Assembly (NCBI GenBank): GCA_963765205.1
Contig: CAVXVB010000009.1
Span: forward strand, 352,001 to 416,000
DNA length: 64,000 bases
Direction: 5' to 3'
Origin: an uncultured Verrucomicrobiae bacterium
GTDB taxonomy: Bacteria > Verrucomicrobiota > Verrucomicrobiia > Opitutales > JABDGR01
The position numbers and the translations under genes were made by a program. Under the pieces are notes generated by a model that was not told the origin of the DNA, searched no databases, and worked only from the letters and a program-made list of their open reading frames with translations. Within the stretch, counting starts at the first letter, position 1. Each line of letters begins with the position of its first letter. This document shows, one piece after another, positions 57,887 to 64,000 of this stretch.

Positions 57887-58471
57887 ATGCGTCTTGCCCT
57901 GTTAGCGGGCCGTCGGAAGGCCCCTGCCGCCAATGGCCGCGTCGCCGCGGGACACCTTCCCGCGCCCAAACCGCCGGAAGGGCCGCTGGTCACCCGGCCG
58001 CTCAACGCCTCCGAGCGCGAGCTGGTGGATTGGTTTGTGGATTTCACGGCGTTGATGAGCCTGCCGGCGTCCGTCGGGGAGATTTACGGGTTGCTCTATT
58101 TGTCGGGCCGGGCGCTGCCGTTTGACAATTTTGTCGAGCGGCTCGGCATCAGCAAAGGCTCCGCGAGCCAGGGCCTCAAATTTTTGCGCGGCCTCGGCGC
58201 GGTGCGCGTCATCGCCGTCGTGGGCGAGCGCCGGGAGTTCTACGAGGCGGAAATCAGCCCGACGCGCCTGGTCGCCGGATTTTTGAAGGAAAAGGTGCAG
58301 CCACGCCTCAAGGAGAACGACGAGCGCCTGGCGCGCCTGAAAAAGGCGCTTCACGAGATGGAAGTGGTAGACCCGCTGCTGGCCGAACGCGTGCATCGCC
58401 TGCACGTGTGGAACCAGCGCGCGCGGCAGTTCCTGCCCGTGGTTTCCGGCCTCATCAAATTCCGCGCATGA
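57887..58471 (+). CDS. GbsR/MarR-family transcriptional regulator
   Basis: LPASVGEIYGLL...ISKGSASQGLKFL...GERREFYEAE. Confidence 0.88.
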   Translation: MRLALLAGRRKAPAANGRVAAGHLPAPKPPEGPLVTRPLNASERELVDWFVDFTALMSLPASVGEIYGLLYLSGRALPFDNFVERLGISKGSASQGLKFLRGLGAVRVIAVVGERREFYEAEISPTRLVAGFLKEKVQPRLKENDERLARLKKALHEMEVVDPLLAERVHRLHVWNQRARQFLPVVSGLIKFRA

Positions 58472-58683
58472 AATACTTTTTCCCACGCTCTCACTTTTCC
58501 GCGACACCGCCCGACGGCGGCTGAACGGCTTCCCGCGCGCCCATGACGGGCCGCCCCACATCCCGGCTGGCAGTAACGATTGGCTTCCGCGCAGGCGGTG
58601 CGGCCAAGGGCGGCAGCGTGGGCGCCGGTGAACGCCGTTGACGGGTGGCGGGCGGACGGATTAACCTCAACTCACCCCTACTT

Positions 58684-59619
<936 letters not shown>

Positions 59620-59636
59620 TGGACCAAGAAATTACC

Positions 59637-59667
59637 CTCAGTGCCTTAGTGCCTCAGTCCCTTAGTC
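59637..59667. repeat. 8-bp tandem repeat CTYAGTSC
   Basis: ctcagtgc cttagtgc ctcagtcc cttagtc. Confidence 0.8.
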
Positions 59668-59680
59668 TCTTTCTTTATCT

Positions 59681-61051
59681 ATGAACATCTGCTGCATTGG
59701 CGCGGGCTACGTCGGCGGGCCGACCATGGCCATGATTGCCCACAAGTGTCCCTTTATCAAAGTCACCGTCGTGGACGTGGACGCGCGCCGCATCGCGGCC
59801 TGGAATCACGGCCCGCTGCCGGTTTTCGAGCCGGGCCTCGACGAGGTCGTGCGGCAGGCGCGCGGGCGCAACCTGTTTTTCTCGACCGAGATTGACGCCG
59901 CCATCCGCGAGGCGCAGATGGTTTTCATCTCCGTCAACACGCCGACGAAGATGTATGGCGTCGGCGCGGGCAAGGCGTCCGACCTGCAATATGTCGAGGC
60001 CTGCGCGCGGCGTATCGCGGCGGTCGCGCGCGACGACAAGATCGTCGTCGAAAAGTCCACGCTCCCCGTGCGCACGGCCGAGAGCGTCCGCGCGATTTTG
60101 GCCGCGCAGCGGGAAGGCCCGCGCTTCCAGGTGCTGTCGAACCCGGAATTTCTCGCCGAGGGCACGGCCGTGCGCGATTTGGAGAAGCCCGACCGCGTGC
60201 TCATCGGCGGCGACCCGTCGGCGGCCGGCCAGGCGGCGGTGCAGGCGCTGGTGGACGTTTACGCGCACTGGGTGCCCCGCGCGAAAATTTTGACCACCAA
60301 CCTTTGGAGTTCGGAATTGTCGAAGCTGACGGCCAACGCCTTCCTCGCGCAGCGCATCAGCAGCATCAATGCGATTTCCGCCCTCTGCGAGGCGACCGGC
60401 GCGGATGTGGACGAGGTCGCGCACGCCATCGGCACGGACTCGCGCATCGGCCCGAAATTTTTGAAGGCCTCGGTCGGCTTCGGCGGCTCGTGTTTCCAGA
60501 AGGACATCTTGAACCTCGTTTACCTCTGCGAGCATTACGGCCTCGATGAGGTGGCCAGCTATTGGGAGCAGGTGGTGAAGATGAACGACCACCAAAAGCG
60601 CCGCTTTACCCGGCGCATCGTGCGCAGCTTATATAATACCGTGGCCAACAAACGCCTCGCGCTGCTCGGGTTTGCGTTCAAAAAGGACACCAACGACACG
60701 CGCGAGTCGCCCGCGATTTACGTCTGCCAGGACCTGCTGGCCGAGCGCGCGAAAGTCGCGATTTACGACCCGCAGGTCACGGCGGAAAAGGTCTCCGCCG
60801 ACCTGGGCCTCAAGGACCTGGCCGCCGCCGGGGTGGAAGTTTGCGCCGACGCCTACGCCGCCGCGACCGGCGCGCACGCCCTCATCATCTGCACGGAATG
60901 GGACGAATTCAAGAACCTCGATTTCAGCCGCATCTACGAAGCGATGCACCGCCCCGCGTTTGTATTTGATGGGCGCAATGTGCTCGATTTGGCGGCGTTG
61001 CGGAAGATTGGCTTTACGGCGAGCGGGATTGGGAAGAGCAATGAGGAGTAA
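59681..61051 (+). CDS. ugd: UDP-glucose 6-dehydrogenase
   Basis: [35 protein letters not shown]. Confidence 0.96.
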   Translation: MNICCIGAGYVGGPTMAMIAHKCPFIKVTVVDVDARRIAAWNHGPLPVFEPGLDEVVRQARGRNLFFSTEIDAAIREAQMVFISVNTPTKMYGVGAGKASDLQYVEACARRIAAVARDDKIVVEKSTLPVRTAESVRAILAAQREGPRFQVLSNPEFLAEGTAVRDLEKPDRVLIGGDPSAAGQAAVQALVDVYAHWVPRAKILTTNLWSSELSKLTANAFLAQRISSINAISALCEATGADVDEVAHAIGTDSRIGPKFLKASVGFGGSCFQKDILNLVYLCEHYGLDEVASYWEQVVKMNDHQKRRFTRRIVRSLYNTVANKRLALLGFAFKKDTNDTRESPAIYVCQDLLAERAKVAIYDPQVTAEKVSADLGLKDLAAAGVEVCADAYAAATGAHALIICTEWDEFKNLDFSRIYEAMHRPAFVFDGRNVLDLAALRKIGFTASGIGKSNEE

Positions 61052-61063
61052 ATTATTTTTGAC

Positions 61064-61339
61064 ATGAATCAGTTAGCGCCAGAGCCAATTATGCGAGCCG
61101 CATTACGTGTGCTATTTATTGCATCTGTAACAACTCGAAACTGGACATTGAATGACGAGATTAGTCGAAAGCAAATTGATGATCTTTGGGAGGCGATTCA
61201 TGAGATACCTGATTTGCTAAGGCGTTGGAATTCTCCACTAGCGTCTGAAGCAGAGCTTTTGATGTATCTGCGGGAATACGATTCGAAATGGAAAAGCCCA
61301 AACCTTGAAGAAGTTTATAAACAGGCATTGAGTAACTAA
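61064..61339 (+). CDS. AT-rich orphan hypothetical protein (91 aa)
   Basis: Clean ORF inside the operon; composition differs from its neighbours. Confidence 0.65.
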   Translation: MNQLAPEPIMRAALRVLFIASVTTRNWTLNDEISRKQIDDLWEAIHEIPDLLRRWNSPLASEAELLMYLREYDSKWKSPNLEEVYKQALSN

Positions 61340-61378
61340 TTCCCAAATTAATATGGGCATCTTGAAATGGATTGTTAT

Positions 61379-61432
61379 GGTAGGGACGGCTCTCCGAGCC
61401 GTCCGTGGACGCCTCGGAGAGGCGTCCTTACC
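61379..61432. repeat. GTAG-type REP doublet
   Basis: GGTAGGGACGGCTCTCCGAGCCGTCC-gt-GGACGCCTCGGAGAGGCGTCCTTACC. Confidence 0.85.
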
Positions 61433-61453
61433 TTGCATTCAGAGAGACATTCC

Positions 61454-62446
61454 ATGAACACCGCCTTCATCACCGGCATCACGGGCCAGGACGGCTCTTA
61501 CCTCGCGGAGCTGCTTCTCGAGAAGGGCTACGAGGTGCATGGGTTGGTGCACCGGCCGGAGTCGCTGGCGTCCGGCATTTTGGCCAAGCTCACGCAGGGC
61601 GAGACGGCGGCGGGCGCGCGGTTGCATTTGCACATCGGCTCGTTCGAGGACACGACGCACCTGCGCCGCCTCATCATGCGCGCCAAGCCCACGGAATTCT
61701 ACCACCTCGCCGCGCAGTCCAGCCCGCGCCTGAGCCTCGAACTGCCCGAGACCACGATGGAGAGCGTCGGCATGGCGACCGTGCGCCTGCTCGAAATTTT
61801 GCGCGACCTGGACAACCCGCCCAAGTTCCTCTACGCCTCGTCCTCCGAAATTTTCGGCGAGCCGGAAAAAACGCCGCAGGACGAATCCACGCCGATGCAG
61901 CCCTCGACGCCCTACGGCGTGGCCAAGGCGCTCTCGACCCAGATGGCGAAAATCTACCGCGGGGCCTACGGGCTGAACACTTGCGCGGCCATCCTGTATA
62001 ACCACGAGTCGCCGCGGCGCAGCGGGCAGTTCGTCACCATGAAAGTGGCGCGGGCGGCGGCGCGCATCCGGTTCGGCTGGCAGAAAAAATTGCAGCTCGG
62101 CAACCTCGCCGGCCAGCGCGACTGGGGCTGGGCGCCGGACTACGTGCGCGGGTTCTGGCTGATGCTCCAGCAGCCCAAGGTGGACGACTTTGTGCTCGCC
62201 ACGGGCAAGCTGCACAGCGTCGAGCAGCTCGTTGAGCGCGCGTTCGCGGTCATCGGCCTGAATTGGCGGGATTACGTTGAGCACGACGCCGGGCTGGTCA
62301 CGGCGGTCGAGCCGGCGCGCCTGTGCGGCAATCCGGAGAAGGCCCGGCGCGTGCTCGGCTGGGAAAACACGGTGCCGTTTGACGCCATGGTCGAGCGCCT
62401 GGTGGTTTCCCAACTCGAGGTCGCTAATAGCGGAGGACGGGGCTGA
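61454..62446 (+). CDS. GDP-mannose 4,6-dehydratase-like SDR (divergent paralog)
   Basis: [34 protein letters not shown]. Confidence 0.9.
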   Translation: MNTAFITGITGQDGSYLAELLLEKGYEVHGLVHRPESLASGILAKLTQGETAAGARLHLHIGSFEDTTHLRRLIMRAKPTEFYHLAAQSSPRLSLELPETTMESVGMATVRLLEILRDLDNPPKFLYASSSEIFGEPEKTPQDESTPMQPSTPYGVAKALSTQMAKIYRGAYGLNTCAAILYNHESPRRSGQFVTMKVARAAARIRFGWQKKLQLGNLAGQRDWGWAPDYVRGFWLMLQQPKVDDFVLATGKLHSVEQLVERAFAVIGLNWRDYVEHDAGLVTAVEPARLCGNPEKARRVLGWENTVPFDAMVERLVVSQLEVANSGGRG

Positions 62447-62458
62447 GCGGGGAAAAAT

Positions 62459-62598
62459 GAATGGAAAATGGAAGATGGAAGATAGAAAAATAAAACCCCA
62501 AGACCATCCTGGTTTGTTTTTCCATCTTCTATTTTCCATCTTCCATTCTTAAGTCCCGTGTGACATCTTTTTCCATCTTCCATTTTCCATCTTCCATT
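62459..62598. repeat. Heptamer arrays: (AARATRG)n plus two inverted (CYATYTT)n blocks
   Basis: Blocks at 62459-62490, 62517-62548 and 62568-62598. Confidence 0.88.
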
Positions 62599-62606
62599 AT
62601 TTACCT

Positions 62607-63614
62607 ATGAAACGCGCTCTTATCACCGGCATCACCGGCCAGGACGGCTCCTACCTCGCCGAACTGCTGCTCGAAAAAGGCTACGAAGTCCACGGCATTG
62701 TGCGCCGTAGCAGCAGCCTCAACCGCGGTCGTATTGACCACCTGCGTCCGTGGGAAACCGGCAAGAAGCAGCGGCTCTTCCTGCACTACGGCGACCTGGC
62801 GGACAGTGTCTCGCTGGTCAAAATGCTTTACGAGCTGAAACCGGACGAGATTTACAACCTCGCGGCGCAAAGCCATGTGCGCGTCAGCTTCGACATTCCC
62901 GAATACACGGCGGACATCACGGGGGTCGGCGCGGCGCGCATCCTCGAAGCCATCCGCGAGAGCGGCCTGGCGAAAAAAGTGCGTTTTTACCAGGCGTCTT
63001 CGTCGGAAATGTTCGGCAAGGTGCAGGAAGTGCCGCAAACGGAACGCACGCCGCTCTACCCGCGCTCACCCTATGCCTGCGCGAAGGTCATGGCGCATTA
63101 CCTGACCATCAATTACCGCGAGTCCTACAAGCTCTTCGCGTGCAGCGGCATCCTCTTCAACCACGAAAGCCCCCGGCGCGGCGAGTCGTTCGTCACCCGC
63201 AAGATCACCCTGGCCGCCGCACGCATCAAGCTCGGCCTCCAGAAAAAACTGGTGCTGGGCAATATTGATTCGAAGCGCGACTGGGGCTACGCGAAGGAAT
63301 ACGTCGAGGGCATGTGGCGGATGCTCCAGCAGGACAAGCCCGACGACTATGTGCTCGCCACCAACGAGACGCACACAGTGAAGGATTTTCTCGCCGCCTC
63401 TTTTGGCGCGCTGGATTTGGACTGGAAAGACCACGTCGAGTTCGACGCCCGCTACCTGCGCCCGGCCGAGGTGGATTTGCTCATCGGCGATTATCACAAG
63501 GCCAAGAAGCACCTCGGCTGGGAGCCGCACACGCGCATGGCCGCTCTCGCCAAATTGATGGTCGAGCACGACTTCACCCTCGCGGAGCGCGAGGCCCGCG
63601 CCGCGCAAGCCTGA
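62607..63614 (+). CDS. gmd: GDP-mannose 4,6-dehydratase
   Basis: [37 protein letters not shown]. Confidence 0.96.
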   Translation: MKRALITGITGQDGSYLAELLLEKGYEVHGIVRRSSSLNRGRIDHLRPWETGKKQRLFLHYGDLADSVSLVKMLYELKPDEIYNLAAQSHVRVSFDIPEYTADITGVGAARILEAIRESGLAKKVRFYQASSSEMFGKVQEVPQTERTPLYPRSPYACAKVMAHYLTINYRESYKLFACSGILFNHESPRRGESFVTRKITLAAARIKLGLQKKLVLGNIDSKRDWGYAKEYVEGMWRMLQQDKPDDYVLATNETHTVKDFLAASFGALDLDWKDHVEFDARYLRPAEVDLLIGDYHKAKKHLGWEPHTRMAALAKLMVEHDFTLAEREARAAQA

Positions 63615-63622
63615 TATTGTCC

Positions 63623-64000
63623 ATGAACGTTTCGGTTGTCATTCCCGCGCGGCTGGCCTCGACGCGCCTGCCGCGCAAAGTCCTTGCCGATTTGGGCGGC
63701 AAGCCCGTGCTGCAACACGTCTGGGAACGCGTCGCACGGATGCGCCGCGCCACGGAAATCCTGGTGGCGACGGATAGCGAGGAAGTCGCCGCCGCGGTGA
63801 CGGGGTGGGGTGGGCAGTTTGTGCTGACCTCGCCGGAGTGCCGCAGCGGCACCGAACGCATCGCCTCGATCCTCGATGGGCTGAAGGGCCAGTTCATTTT
63901 GAATGTGCAGGGCGACGAACCGTTTATTGACCCGGAATTGCTGGACTCAATGGCCGAGTCTTTTGCCGCCCACGGCGGCGATGTCGTGACGCCCGTCTAT
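63623..64000 (+). CDS. kdsB: 3-deoxy-manno-octulosonate cytidylyltransferase (partial, runs off window)
   Basis: VIPARLASTRLPRKVL, SGTERIA, NVQGDEP. Confidence 0.92.
   Translation, partial: MNVSVVIPARLASTRLPRKVLADLGGKPVLQHVWERVARMRRATEILVATDSEEVAAAVTGWGGQFVLTSPECRSGTERIASILDGLKGQFILNVQGDEPFIDPELLDSMAESFAAHGGDVVTPVY

Noticed and set aside
58480..58680. JUMPstart/ops element before the sugar operon
   Set aside because: GGCAGTAACG only loosely resembles GGCGGTAG; insufficient support
61439..62539. 366-aa minus-strand ORF
   Set aside because: Shadow of the gmd-like gene, starting inside the heptamer repeats

Overview
GC-rich bacterial chromosomal window, probably Verrucomicrobiota/PVC (inferred from PEP-CTERM proteins, a DGxxNLxxYA-type C-terminal tail, DUF5069 and DUF2934 proteins, and a MARTGKIARLP Gp27-like gene). 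Bases 1-12.2 kb form a repeat-rich accessory island. It holds three same-strand surface-protein genes (two PEP-CTERM, one BspA-type LRR), 105-bp direct repeats bracketing the LRR gene, a ~350-bp tandem non-coding duplication, and a KTSC + Mu-Gp27-like module. It also holds an MmeI-like (Type IIG/IIL) restriction-modification gene of which only the first 20 and last ~147 codons remain; an AT-richer Vsr + DUF3883-nuclease cassette sits in the gap. Bases 12.3-48.9 kb carry an ABC/MFP/OMF exporter, small stress-type genes, cfa, a GbsR-regulated MBOAT operon frameshifted in a T9 tract, an Mla/Pqi system, CsoR with a P1B-ATPase of non-canonical motifs, GH2/XylR, GT2/GT-C glycosyltransferases, hpt and SCO. 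An intact IS630 and a Lit-like peptidase remnant sit at 49.1-51 kb. The window ends with rutE, purU, nadE, gmhB and a GbsR-headed nucleotide-sugar operon (uxs, ugd, two gmd, kdsB) with short-unit repeats at its gene junctions. I recognised no rRNA, tRNA, CRISPR array, integrase or reverse transcriptase. All family calls come from motif recognition by eye, not from database searches.
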